A stretch of 64,000 nt of DNA from an uncultured Chloroflexia bacterium (GTDB taxonomy: Bacteria; Chloroflexota; Anaerolineae; CG2-30-64-16): positions 1-64,000 of the forward strand of contig CAWEMM010000010.1 of the NCBI GenBank assembly GCA_963810095.1, in the 5' to 3' direction. This document shows positions 51,939 through 60,429 of the stretch, piece by piece. The translations under genes and the position numbers were made by a program. The stretch's first letter is position 1; each line of letters opens with the position of its first letter. The notes under the pieces were generated by a model. The model did no database searches, was not told the origin of the DNA, and worked only from the letters and a program-made list of their open reading frames with translations.

Positions 51939-52688
51939 ATGCCTTCCATGCACACGATCTACGCTGACCTGCACCTGCACACGGTCCTCTCGGCGTGCGC
52001 CGAGGTCGAGATGGTTCCCCCGCTGATCGTGCGTCGCGCGCTGGAGTTGGGGCTTAACCTGCTCGCTGTCACCGATCATAACGCGGCCGCGAACTGCGCC
52101 GCGGTGATGCAGGCAGCGGAGGGGACCGGGCTCATCGTCGTGCCGGGAATGGAAGTGCAGACGGCCGAGGAAGTTCACATGCTGTGCCTGTTTGAGACGC
52201 TCGAGCAGGCGCTGACGTGGCAGGGCATCGTGTTCGACCACTTGCCCGACCTGCCAAACAACGAGGACGCCTTCGGCGGGCAATATGTCGTGGACCGCGA
52301 GGGCGACTACGTCCGGACCGAGGGACGGCTCTTGGCTACGTCGTGCGACCTCGCGGTGGAAGAGGCAGCGCGGCGGGTCACAGCGCTGGGCGGCCTGCCC
52401 ATCCCCGCCCACATCGACCGGGATATGTTTAGCCTCATCGCCAACCTCGGCTTTGTGCCGCGCGATCTCCCCGTGCCCGCACTCGAGCTTTTTCGCCTGA
52501 CGCAGCCCCAGCAACTCATCGCGACGCATCCCGAAATCGCCGCCTATCCTCTCGTGCGCGACAGCGACGCACACCAACTGAGCGACATGCGCCGGAGCGT
52601 TGTTTTCGAGGCCGAGACGGTCTCGTTCGATTCCCTTCGCAGCGCCCTGGGGGCCAGGAGTATGAGGTTGTACCACAAGGACCGCTGA
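51939..52688 (+). CDS. PHP-family phosphoesterase
   Basis: DLHLHT, TDHN, GMEV..EEVH, AHIDR, SDAH. Confidence 0.9.
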   Translation: MPSMHTIYADLHLHTVLSACAEVEMVPPLIVRRALELGLNLLAVTDHNAAANCAAVMQAAEGTGLIVVPGMEVQTAEEVHMLCLFETLEQALTWQGIVFDHLPDLPNNEDAFGGQYVVDREGDYVRTEGRLLATSCDLAVEEAARRVTALGGLPIPAHIDRDMFSLIANLGFVPRDLPVPALELFRLTQPQQLIATHPEIAAYPLVRDSDAHQLSDMRRSVVFEAETVSFDSLRSALGARSMRLYHKDR

Positions 52689-52769
52689 CATTGCAGCCCC
52701 GCGCGCAACCCTGCCACTTCCTTCGGACCGTTACTTATGACCCGCGTCATTTTAGTACGTCCCCTTCCG

Positions 52770-52808
52770 TGCTATACTGCACAAATGGCTACGTGGGATA
52801 TTTCACAT
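52770..52808 (+). promoter_or_regulatory. Internal extended -10 promoter with weaker Rex-like site
   Basis: TGC-TATACT (52770-52778); acGTGgg-atat-TTCACAt (52791-52808). Confidence 0.4.
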
Positions 52809-52815
52809 ACGGACG

Positions 52816-53298
52816 ATGCCACTTATGATTGAAGACTTGAGCACCCTCGATTTCGCTCCCCTGGATGCCATCCTCGAGGAGTACGGCGGCCAGAAAGGCG
52901 CAGTGATCCCGATTCTGCAGCATGCGCAGGAAGCCTACGGCTACCTGCCGCGCGAGGTGTTGCAGGAAATCTCGACGCGCACGCACATCCCGCTCAGCAA
53001 CCTGCTTGGCGTTGCCACCTTCTACGCCCAGTTCCGGCTCAGCCGCCGGGGCAAGCACCTGATCCGCGTCTGCGACGGCACCGCCTGCCACGTGCGCGGT
53101 GCGTCGAAGTGCATCGAGTCGGTCGAAAAACAACTCGGCGTGGCCGCAGGCAGCACGTCGGAAGATTACGAATACACAATGGAAATCGTGTATTGCCTGG
53201 GCTCGTGCGGGCTCGCGCCCGTCGCGGTGGTCGACGACAAGGTCTACGGCCGGCTGACGCCGAACAGCCTCGTCGAGCAGCTCGAGGCGCTGGGGTAA
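52816..53298 (+). CDS. NuoE/HoxE/HydC-like [2Fe-2S] subunit
   Basis: YGYLP, GVATFY, CDGTACH, CLGSC. Confidence 0.93.
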   Translation: MPLMIEDLSTLDFAPLDAILEEYGGQKGAVIPILQHAQEAYGYLPREVLQEISTRTHIPLSNLLGVATFYAQFRLSRRGKHLIRVCDGTACHVRGASKCIESVEKQLGVAAGSTSEDYEYTMEIVYCLGSCGLAPVAVVDDKVYGRLTPNSLVEQLEALG

Positions 53299-53373
53299 TC
53301 CCGTTCGGGAGACCTGCGGGGGTCTCGACCCTCAGCGAAGCTGAGGCAACCCCGCAGGTGTGAAGATTGACGT

Positions 53374-53997
53374 ATGCTCGAACTCGCCCTGCACGTTCTG
53401 GACATCCTACAGAATACCGTCGAAGCCGGGGCAACCCGCGTCGACGTGAGGATTGCCGAGGATGAACCTGCGGACCGGCTGACTATCACGGTGGCCGACA
53501 ACGGGCGGGGGATGGATGCGCAAACGGTGGAGCGGGTGCTGAACCCGTTTTACACGACCCGGACCACCCGCCACGTCGGGTTAGGGCTGCCGCTCTACGC
53601 CGAGGCAGCCGAGACGGCGGGCGGCGGGCTGACCGTTCAGTCAGAGCCGGGCCAGGGGACGACGGTCGAAGCGACGTTCCGGTTGAGCCACCCGGACCGC
53701 CAGCCGCTCGGCGATATGTCTGGCACGCTGGTGGCTTTCCTGCTGTCAGAGCGGGCGCCGGAGCTGGTGTACAGGCACCGCGTGATAAGAAACCAGGTTT
53801 CTGCCACGCCACGTAGTGGCGCAGAAACACTGGTTTCTCAGGAGCGCGAGTTTACTTTTGACACCGCCGCCATCCGCGCCGAGCTGGATGGCGTGCCGCT
53901 GAACGAGCCCATCGTCGCGCAGTGGCTGGCCGGATTTATCGCCGAAGGCGAGGCTGAAATTAAGAAACCCGGTTTCTCCGAGAAGTTGGGTTTCTAA
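53374..53997 (+). CDS. Stand-alone GHKL (histidine kinase-like) ATPase typical of hydrogenase operons
   Basis: ELALHVLDILQN, DNGRGM, PFYTTR..R.VGLGLP, HPDRQPLGD; no H-box domain. Confidence 0.88.
   Translation: MLELALHVLDILQNTVEAGATRVDVRIAEDEPADRLTITVADNGRGMDAQTVERVLNPFYTTRTTRHVGLGLPLYAEAAETAGGGLTVQSEPGQGTTVEATFRLSHPDRQPLGDMSGTLVAFLLSERAPELVYRHRVIRNQVSATPRSGAETLVSQEREFTFDTAAIRAELDGVPLNEPIVAQWLAGFIAEGEAEIKKPGFSEKLGF
53788..53838. repeat. AGAAAC..GGTTTCT element lying in frame within a CDS
   Basis: agaaaccaggtttct..gccacgtagtggc..agaaacactggtttct, 51 bp (17 codons). Confidence 0.65.
53963..53995. repeat. AGAAAC..GGTTTCT element forming the CDS 3' end
   Basis: agaaacccggtttct-ccg-agaagttgggtttct, last T starts the TAA stop. 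Confidence 0.65.
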
Positions 53998-54008
53998 GGA
54001 GTAACAGA

Positions 54009-54398
54009 ATGCCCAAGCTCAAATCCCTGGATGACCTGAAGCGCGTCCGCGATGAGGCGCAGCAGGCCTTGAAGACCCGATTGGACACCGGCACGACCAT
54101 CATTGTGGGCATGGGCACGTGCGGCATCGCCGCCGGCGCGCGCGACACCATGCACGCGATCCTGGCCGAACTGGCTGCCCGGAACATCGACGCGCACGTG
54201 ACCACGGTAGGCTGCATCGGCCAATGCGTCAAAGAGCCGCTCGTCGACATCGAGCAGGCGGGCCAGCCGCGCATCACCTATGCCAACGTCAGGCCCGACA
54301 TGGTGTCTCGCCTGATCGAAGAGCACCTCATCAACAACCGGCCGGTCGATGAATGGGTGATCGGGCGGCTTGAAACGAACGTTGCACCAACGAACTGA
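54009..54398 (+). CDS. Thioredoxin-like [2Fe-2S] ferredoxin (HydD/HndB-like)
   Basis: VGMGTCGIAAGAR, VGCIGQC..EP. Confidence 0.9.
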   Translation: MPKLKSLDDLKRVRDEAQQALKTRLDTGTTIIVGMGTCGIAAGARDTMHAILAELAARNIDAHVTTVGCIGQCVKEPLVDIEQAGQPRITYANVRPDMVSRLIEEHLINNRPVDEWVIGRLETNVAPTN

Positions 54399-54411
54399 AC
54401 GGAGCGGAGCC

Positions 54412-54879
54412 ATGGAACAGTTCACCAGCGTCGAAGCCGTACTCAAGCGGGCCATCCAGCTTGAAGACGAGGCGATGACCATGTACAGCACTGCGGCGCA
54501 GTCGGTCAAGGACGATGCGGTGCGCCAGCGGCTGGAGGAAATGGCGGCACAGGAGCGCGGTCACAAGACCAAGCTCGAAGACGTGCTTTCCGGCAACGTC
54601 CGGTGGGCCATTCGCCGCTCCAAAGCCGAGCCGGTTACGGACCTGCGGCTGAGCGACCACCTGGTCGGTGGGTCGCTGGACCCGAACGCTGACTACCAGG
54701 ACGTGCTGCTCTTTGCGGCACGGCGCGAGAAGGCGGCGCACGATTTTTACAAGGCCATGGGCGAGATGATCGACGACAAGCTCACCCAGAACCTGTTCGA
54801 GATGCTCGCGCAAGAAGAGCTGCGGCACAAGTACGTTCTCGAAAAGACGTACGAAGAGGTCGTTTACAAGGATTTCTAA
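54412..54879 (+). CDS. Ferritin/rubrerythrin-like diiron protein
   Basis: Duplicated AI..E..Y and E..H motifs (QERGH, EELRH); no rubredoxin domain. Confidence 0.85.
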   Translation: MEQFTSVEAVLKRAIQLEDEAMTMYSTAAQSVKDDAVRQRLEEMAAQERGHKTKLEDVLSGNVRWAIRRSKAEPVTDLRLSDHLVGGSLDPNADYQDVLLFAARREKAAHDFYKAMGEMIDDKLTQNLFEMLAQEELRHKYVLEKTYEEVVYKDF

Positions 54880-54881
54880 AC

Positions 54882-57800
54882 ATGGATAGTAACCTCGTTT
54901 TGAACCCTGGCTCTACGGCCTCTTCTGACCTCTCGCAGGAGGGTTCGCTGCTGCGCGCCGAGGTCTTGATCTGCGGGGGCACGGGCTGCCACTCCTCGAA
55001 TTCGCACGAGGTGGTCACGGCCATCCAGGCAGAGGTAGCCCGCCGCGGGCTCGAGGGCGAAGTACGCGTGGTGCCGACCGGCTGCCGCGGCTTCTGCTCG
55101 ATGGGCCCGGTCATGATGATCTACCCGGAAGGCATCCTTTACTGCCAGGTGCAGGCGTCGGACGTCCCGGAGATCGTCGAAGAGACCCTGCTGAAGGGGC
55201 GCCAGGTGGCCCGGCTGGCCTATCAGGAGCCGAACCAGCACAAGGCGCTGCCCTTCTACCACGACATCCCGTTCTACGGCAAGCAGATCCGCATTGCGCT
55301 GCGCAACTGCGGGTTGATCAACCCGGAGTCGATCGAAGAGTACATCGCCCACGACGGCTATGCGGCGCTGGGCAAGGTGCTCTCGACCATGACGCCGGAG
55401 GACGTGCTGCGCGAGATGAAGGATTCGGGCTTGCGCGGCCGCGGCGGTGCGGGCTTCCTGACCGGCCTGAAGTGGGAATTCGCCCGGCGCAGCCAAAACT
55501 TCCCAAAGTACGTGATCTGCAACGCGGACGAAGGCGACCCCGGCGCGTTCATGGACCGCTCAATCCTGGAAGGCGACCCGCACAGCCTGATGGAAGGCAT
55601 GATCATTGCGGGCTACGCGATCGGCGCCAGCCAGGGGTACGTCTACTGTCGGGCCGAGTACCCGCTCGCGATCCAGCGCCTGAAAACCGCGATCCAGCAG
55701 GCGCACGAGTATGGACTGCTGGGCGAAAACATTCTCGAGTCTGGCTTCTCCTTCGACCTGCGGGTCAAGGAAGGGGCGGGTGCGTTCGTCTGCGGCGAAG
55801 AGACCGCGCTGATGGCCTCGATCGAAGGCAAGCGCGGCGAGCCGCGGCCCCGCCCGCCGTTCCCCGCAGTGGCCGGCCTGTGGGCCAAGCCGTCGAACGT
55901 CAATAACGTCAAATCCTACGCCATGTCGCCCCAGATCATGCTGAAGGGCGCGAAATGGTTCAAGGCTATCGGTCCCGAGAAGTCGCCCGGCACCGCGATC
56001 TTCGCCCTTACCGGCAAGATCAACAACACGGGCCTGATCGAAGTGCCGATGGGCATCTCGCTGGGCGAGATCATTTTCGACGTCGGCGGCGGCATCCCCA
56101 ACGGCAAGCCGTTCAAGGCCGTGCAGACCGGCGGCCCGCTGGGCGGCTGTCTGCCCGCTTCGGCGCTGAACACGCCGGTCGACTTCGACTCGCTCACGGC
56201 GGCCGGCGCGACGATGGGCTCGGGCGGCATGATCGTCGTGGACGACGACACCTGTATGGTCGAGTTCGCCAAGTACTTCCTGCAGTTCGCCACGGCGGAA
56301 TCGTGCGGCAAGTGCGTGCCCTGCCGGGTGGGCGGTATGCGTCTGCTCGAGGTGCTCACGCGCATCAGCGAGGGCCATGGCACGCAGCAGGACGTCGAGG
56401 ATATCAAGTACATTTCGGCCAATATGCAGAGTGCGAGCCTGTGCTCCCTCGGCCAACTTACGCCAGGGCCGGTCATGTCGGCCCTGCGTTTCTTTGCCGA
56501 CGAGTTCCGCGAGCACGTCGACAACCAGAACTGCCCCGCGGGCCAGTGCAAGGCACTGGTGCGCGCGAAGTGCATCAATGCTTGCCCGGCCGGCGTCGAA
56601 AGCCCGGCCTACCTGGCCCTGGTCGCCCAGGGCCGCTACGCGGAAGGGCTTGAAGTCCATCGCCAGCGCAACCCGTTCGCGTCGATCTGCGGCCGGGTGT
56701 GCCCCGCCTTCTGCGAGCAGAAGTGCCGCCGCGGCGAGATCGACGAGGCGATCAGCATCCGGTTGGTCAAGCGCTTTATGGCCGATCACGAGTTCACCAC
56801 GCCGTGGGCGCCGGCAAAGAGCGAGAGCGAGAAGGTGCTGCACGTCGGCGTCGTGGGCGCGGGCCCGGGCGGCCTCACCGCCGCGCTGCGGCTGGCGCAA
56901 AAGGGCTACAAGGTCACCGTCTACGAGAAGCTGCCCATCCCGGGCGGCATGATGGCGGTCGGCATCCCCGACTACCGCCTGCCAACCGACGCGCTCCTGA
57001 GCGAAATCCAGAACGTCATGCGGGCCGGCGTCGAGATCAAGTGCGGCACCGCCCTGGGCGCCGACTTCACCCTGGACGACCTCTTCGAGAAGGAACTCTG
57101 CAACGCGATCGTGCTCGCGATCGGCGCACACAAGAGCCGCAAGCTGGGCATTCCGGGCGAGGAGAAGTCGGGCGTGCTGCACGGCACCGACTTCCTGCGC
57201 GAGGTGGGCCTGGTGCAGCGAGGGGCCGGCGTGGGCACTCTGCCGGACGTCGCGGGGAAGAAGGTCGCCGTGGTCGGCGGCGGCAACGTGGCGCTGGACG
57301 CCGCTCGCACGGCCTGGCGGCTGGGCGCCAGCGAGGTCCACGTGATCTACCGCCGCACGCGGGTCGACATGCCTGCGTATGCGGAAGAGGTCAAGGCCGC
57401 GGATGAGGAAGGTATCCAGTTCCACTTCCTCGCCAACCCGGTCGAGGTGATCGGCGGCGACAAGGTTACCGGTGTCGTGGTGCAGCGGCAGCGCCTGGGC
57501 GAGTTCGACCAGGGCGGACGCCGGCGCCCCGTGCCCATCGAGGGCGACACCTTCGTCCTGCCGGTCGACATGGTCGTCCCTGCCATCGGCCAGACGACCG
57601 ACACGTCGTGGATGCAGAAGGCCGGCATCCAGGCCAGCCGCGGCAGCACCTTTGTGGTGGGAGACGCGTACCAGACCTCACGCGGCGGCGTCTTCGCTTG
57701 CGGCGATGCGGTGAGCGGACCCGCAACGGTCATCGAGGCGGTGGCGCAGGGCAACCTGGTGTCGGTTGCGGTCGACCACTGGCTGAAGACGGGCGAATAC

Positions 57801-58088
57801 CAGCGGCCGAAATACGAGACGCCCCGGCTGGACGTGCCCCAGCTTTACAACCTGGACGACTACGCCACCGCGCAGCGGCCCCACGTCCCTGAGCTCGAAC
57901 TCGGCAACCGGGCCGGCTCGTTCAAAGAAGTCGAATTGGGCTATGACGAGCACACGGCGCGCGAAGAAGCGCGGCGCTGCCTGCGCTGCGACCTGGAGTG
58001 GCTCGACTACATGAAGCTACCGCGTCCGGTGGCTGAACCGGTCGTCGAGCAGGCGCCCCTGGCGGGGGACCCCCTTGCGAGGGGATAG
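54882..58088 (+). CDS. NuoF/HydB-like FMN subunit fused to a GltD/NfnB-like FAD pyridine-nucleotide oxidoreductase
   Basis: CGGTGC..CRGFC, GRGGAGF, NADEGDPGAFMDR, CGEETAL, CGKCVPCR..C; then CINACP, CGRVCPAFCEQKC, GAGPGG, GGGNVALD, YRRTR, GD, EARRCLRC. Confidence 0.92.
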   Translation: MDSNLVLNPGSTASSDLSQEGSLLRAEVLICGGTGCHSSNSHEVVTAIQAEVARRGLEGEVRVVPTGCRGFCSMGPVMMIYPEGILYCQVQASDVPEIVEETLLKGRQVARLAYQEPNQHKALPFYHDIPFYGKQIRIALRNCGLINPESIEEYIAHDGYAALGKVLSTMTPEDVLREMKDSGLRGRGGAGFLTGLKWEFARRSQNFPKYVICNADEGDPGAFMDRSILEGDPHSLMEGMIIAGYAIGASQGYVYCRAEYPLAIQRLKTAIQQAHEYGLLGENILESGFSFDLRVKEGAGAFVCGEETALMASIEGKRGEPRPRPPFPAVAGLWAKPSNVNNVKSYAMSPQIMLKGAKWFKAIGPEKSPGTAIFALTGKINNTGLIEVPMGISLGEIIFDVGGGIPNGKPFKAVQTGGPLGGCLPASALNTPVDFDSLTAAGATMGSGGMIVVDDDTCMVEFAKYFLQFATAESCGKCVPCRVGGMRLLEVLTRISEGHGTQQDVEDIKYISANMQSASLCSLGQLTPGPVMSALRFFADEFREHVDNQNCPAGQCKALVRAKCINACPAGVESPAYLALVAQGRYAEGLEVHRQRNPFASICGRVCPAFCEQKCRRGEIDEAISIRLVKRFMADHEFTTPWAPAKSESEKVLHVGVVGAGPGGLTAALRLAQKGYKVTVYEKLPIPGGMMAVGIPDYRLPTDALLSEIQNVMRAGVEIKCGTALGADFTLDDLFEKELCNAIVLAIGAHKSRKLGIPGEEKSGVLHGTDFLREVGLVQRGAGVGTLPDVAGKKVAVVGGGNVALDAARTAWRLGASEVHVIYRRTRVDMPAYAEEVKAADEEGIQFHFLANPVEVIGGDKVTGVVVQRQRLGEFDQGGRRRPVPIEGDTFVLPVDMVVPAIGQTTDTSWMQKAGIQASRGSTFVVGDAYQTSRGGVFACGDAVSGPATVIEAVAQGNLVSVAVDHWLKTGEYQRPKYETPRLDVPQLYNLDDYATAQRPHVPELELGNRAGSFKEVELGYDEHTAREEARRCLRCDLEWLDYMKLPRPVAEPVVEQAPLAGDPLARG

Positions 58089-58109
58089 AAGGGAGGCAGC
58101 TTCACCACA

Positions 58110-59867
58110 ATGGCACTCGTAAACATCACCATCAACGGTCAGAAGCTACAGTGCCAGGCGGGACAGACGGTGTTGCAGGTGGCGCGAGCCAGCGACATCG
58201 ACATCCCGACCCTGTGCGACCACCCGGCAGTCACCCCATGGGGCGGTTGCCGCATGTGCCTGGTGGAGATCGAGAAGCAGCGCGGCCTCCAGCCAGCTTG
58301 TACGTTCCCCGTCTCCGAAGGGATGGTCGTTGCCACGCACAGCGAGCGCGTTGTCGCGGCCCGCAAGTTCGTGCTCGAGCTGCTCTTCTCCGAGCGGGTG
58401 CATTACTGCATGTACTGCGCGATGAGCGGCAACGAGGGCACGACGCAGTGCGAGCTCCAGGCCCTGGCCTACGAGCACGGCTTGACCCACTGGCGCTATG
58501 AGCCCAACACCAGCCACCCGTGGCCCGTCGACGGCTCGCGCAAGTACTTCTTCATGGATCACAGCCGCTGCATCTTGTGCCGCCGCTGCATTCGGGCGTG
58601 CGACGAGGTGGCGGCGAACCACACGCTGGGCGTGCGCGAGCGCGGCGCGAAGACGATGATCATCGCCGACGTGGACGTTCCGCTTGGCGAGTCGAGCTGC
58701 GTTTCGTGCGGCTCCTGCCTCCAGGTGTGCCCGACCGGCGCCCTGATCGACCGGCGCTCGGCTTACATGGGCGGGACCGGCGAGCTGCAGCGCAAGCAGA
58801 CGACCTGCACCGCTTGTTCCGTCGGCTGCACGGTCGAAGCCGTCTACCGGAGCAACCAACTCCTGCGCGTTGAAGGCGTGTGGGACGCGCCGAACGGCGG
58901 CTTGCTGTGCGTCAAGGGCCGCTTTGAGACCACCGAGCCGAAGCCGAAGCGGGTGACCAGCCCGATGATCAAGCGGGACGGCGAGTGGGTCAAGGCGACC
59001 TGGCCTGAGGCGACCGAGTTCGTGGCGGGCAAGCTGAAGGACGCCGGCAAGGTGGCCGGCCTGGCGTCGCCGCGGGCGACCGTGGAGTCGCTGGGCGTAT
59101 TCAAGCACCTGCTGGCCGACGTGTTGCACAGCGACCAGATCGGCTTGCTCTACGGCGCGGCGCCCCAGGACCTGGGGCCCAAAGCGAGCCTCGCGACGGT
59201 GGCGGGCGCGGATTGCATCATCCTCGTCGGCGGCGATCCGCTCGACGGGCAGAAGGTGTTGGGTTACAAGGTCAAGCGGGCCGTGGACCTGGGCGCGGCG
59301 CTCACAATCGTTGCCGACGGACCCAATGCGCTCGATCCTTGGGCAGCCCGGCACTTGCCGATGAGTGAACTGAGCGAGGTTGCGACGGCCATCGCGGCTG
59401 CGGTACGCCCGGTCGTGCTCTACGCCGCGCATCTGCCCCCCGACGTCTATTCCTTCCTGCGCAGCCTGCCCGAGAAGACGCGCTACCTGGGGCTGGTCGA
59501 GGGCGCGAATGCGGCGGGCGCGGCGCAAATGGGGATCAAGGCCAAGGCTGTGACGGGCGATGCACTGTTTGTGCTGGCCGCAGACGAGACGAAGGACGGG
59601 CACCAGCTGCCCCCGGCCGCGTTCACCGTGGTGCAAGCAGCGTACTGGACGCCGACCGCCGAGCAGGCCGATGTGGTACTGCCCAGCCTGGACTGGTCGG
59701 AACAGCAGGGGCACGTGATCAATATGGAAGGCGCGAGCCTGCCGGTTCAGCCGTTCCTGCAGCCGCCGGCCGGCGTGCAGGCGGACGTAGCGACGCTGGG
59801 CGCGCTGGCGACCCGGCTGCGCGAGCCCGCGGCGCGGGCGTCCTGGCCCCAGGCAGAGAGGAGCTAG
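58110..59867 (+). CDS. NuoG/HoxU/HydA-like Fe-S subunit with shortened molybdopterin-family domain
   Basis: C..CRMC..C [2Fe-2S], H.CMYC..C, CILCRRCIRAC, CVSCGSCLQVC, CTACSVGC..C; ADVVLP..E..G..N.EG. Confidence 0.9.
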   Translation: MALVNITINGQKLQCQAGQTVLQVARASDIDIPTLCDHPAVTPWGGCRMCLVEIEKQRGLQPACTFPVSEGMVVATHSERVVAARKFVLELLFSERVHYCMYCAMSGNEGTTQCELQALAYEHGLTHWRYEPNTSHPWPVDGSRKYFFMDHSRCILCRRCIRACDEVAANHTLGVRERGAKTMIIADVDVPLGESSCVSCGSCLQVCPTGALIDRRSAYMGGTGELQRKQTTCTACSVGCTVEAVYRSNQLLRVEGVWDAPNGGLLCVKGRFETTEPKPKRVTSPMIKRDGEWVKATWPEATEFVAGKLKDAGKVAGLASPRATVESLGVFKHLLADVLHSDQIGLLYGAAPQDLGPKASLATVAGADCIILVGGDPLDGQKVLGYKVKRAVDLGAALTIVADGPNALDPWAARHLPMSELSEVATAIAAAVRPVVLYAAHLPPDVYSFLRSLPEKTRYLGLVEGANAAGAAQMGIKAKAVTGDALFVLAADETKDGHQLPPAAFTVVQAAYWTPTAEQADVVLPSLDWSEQQGHVINMEGASLPVQPFLQPPAGVQADVATLGALATRLREPAARASWPQAERS

Positions 59868-59871
59868 CCGC

Positions 59872-60420
59872 ATGGCTGAGAATGAAAAGCCAACAGTCGC
59901 CAGTGAGTGGCTGACGGGCTGCGCAGGCTGCCACATGTCCTTGTTGGATATGGACGAGCGTATCGTCGACATTGTAACGGCTGCGACGCTGTGGTCGACG
60001 CCGATCACCGATCTGAAGCATCCGCCGGAAGAAGGCGTCACGGTCGGCATCCTCGAGGGGGGCATCAACAACTCCACAACCGAGGAAGTCGCCAAGATGA
60101 TGCGGGCGCGCTCGAAGATCCTGATTGCCTTGGGCGACTGCGCGGTGTTCGGCGGCGTGCCGGCCATGCGCAACGCTTGCGGCATCCAGGAGGCGCTCCA
60201 ACGGGCATACGTGGAGAGCGAGAGCACGGTCGACGGCCAGATCCCGAACCACCCGGACATCGCGGTGATGCAGGAGACCCGGCCCATCGACGCCGTCGTG
60301 CCGGTCGACATCTACTTGCCCGGCTGTGCACCGAGTGCAGACGCGATCTTCTACGTGTTGTTCGAGCTGGCAAACGGCCGCATGCCCGAGGTCAAGGGCA
60401 AATTCCTGGACTGGCATTAA
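59872..60420 (+). CDS. hoxY: [NiFe]-hydrogenase small subunit, single-cluster type
   Basis: [24 protein letters not shown]; 182 aa with no signal peptide. Confidence 0.92.
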   Translation: MAENEKPTVASEWLTGCAGCHMSLLDMDERIVDIVTAATLWSTPITDLKHPPEEGVTVGILEGGINNSTTEEVAKMMRARSKILIALGDCAVFGGVPAMRNACGIQEALQRAYVESESTVDGQIPNHPDIAVMQETRPIDAVVPVDIYLPGCAPSADAIFYVLFELANGRMPEVKGKFLDWH

Positions 60421-60429
60421 GGGGGACGT

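Noticed and set aside
58110-59867. Formate dehydrogenase alpha subunit or selenoprotein
   Set aside because: Molybdopterin-family region is short and lacks the catalytic (C/U)H motif; no in-frame TGA here or in the NiFe-binding motifs of hoxH
52816-59867. Respiratory complex I nuoEFG
   Set aside because: No membrane-arm nuo genes nearby; followed directly by hoxY and hoxH, so it is a soluble hydrogenase diaphorase module
55560-60311. Long antisense ORFs (621 aa and 721 aa) opposite the hydrogenase genes
   Set aside because: Shadow frames expected from GC-rich codon bias; no recognisable motifs
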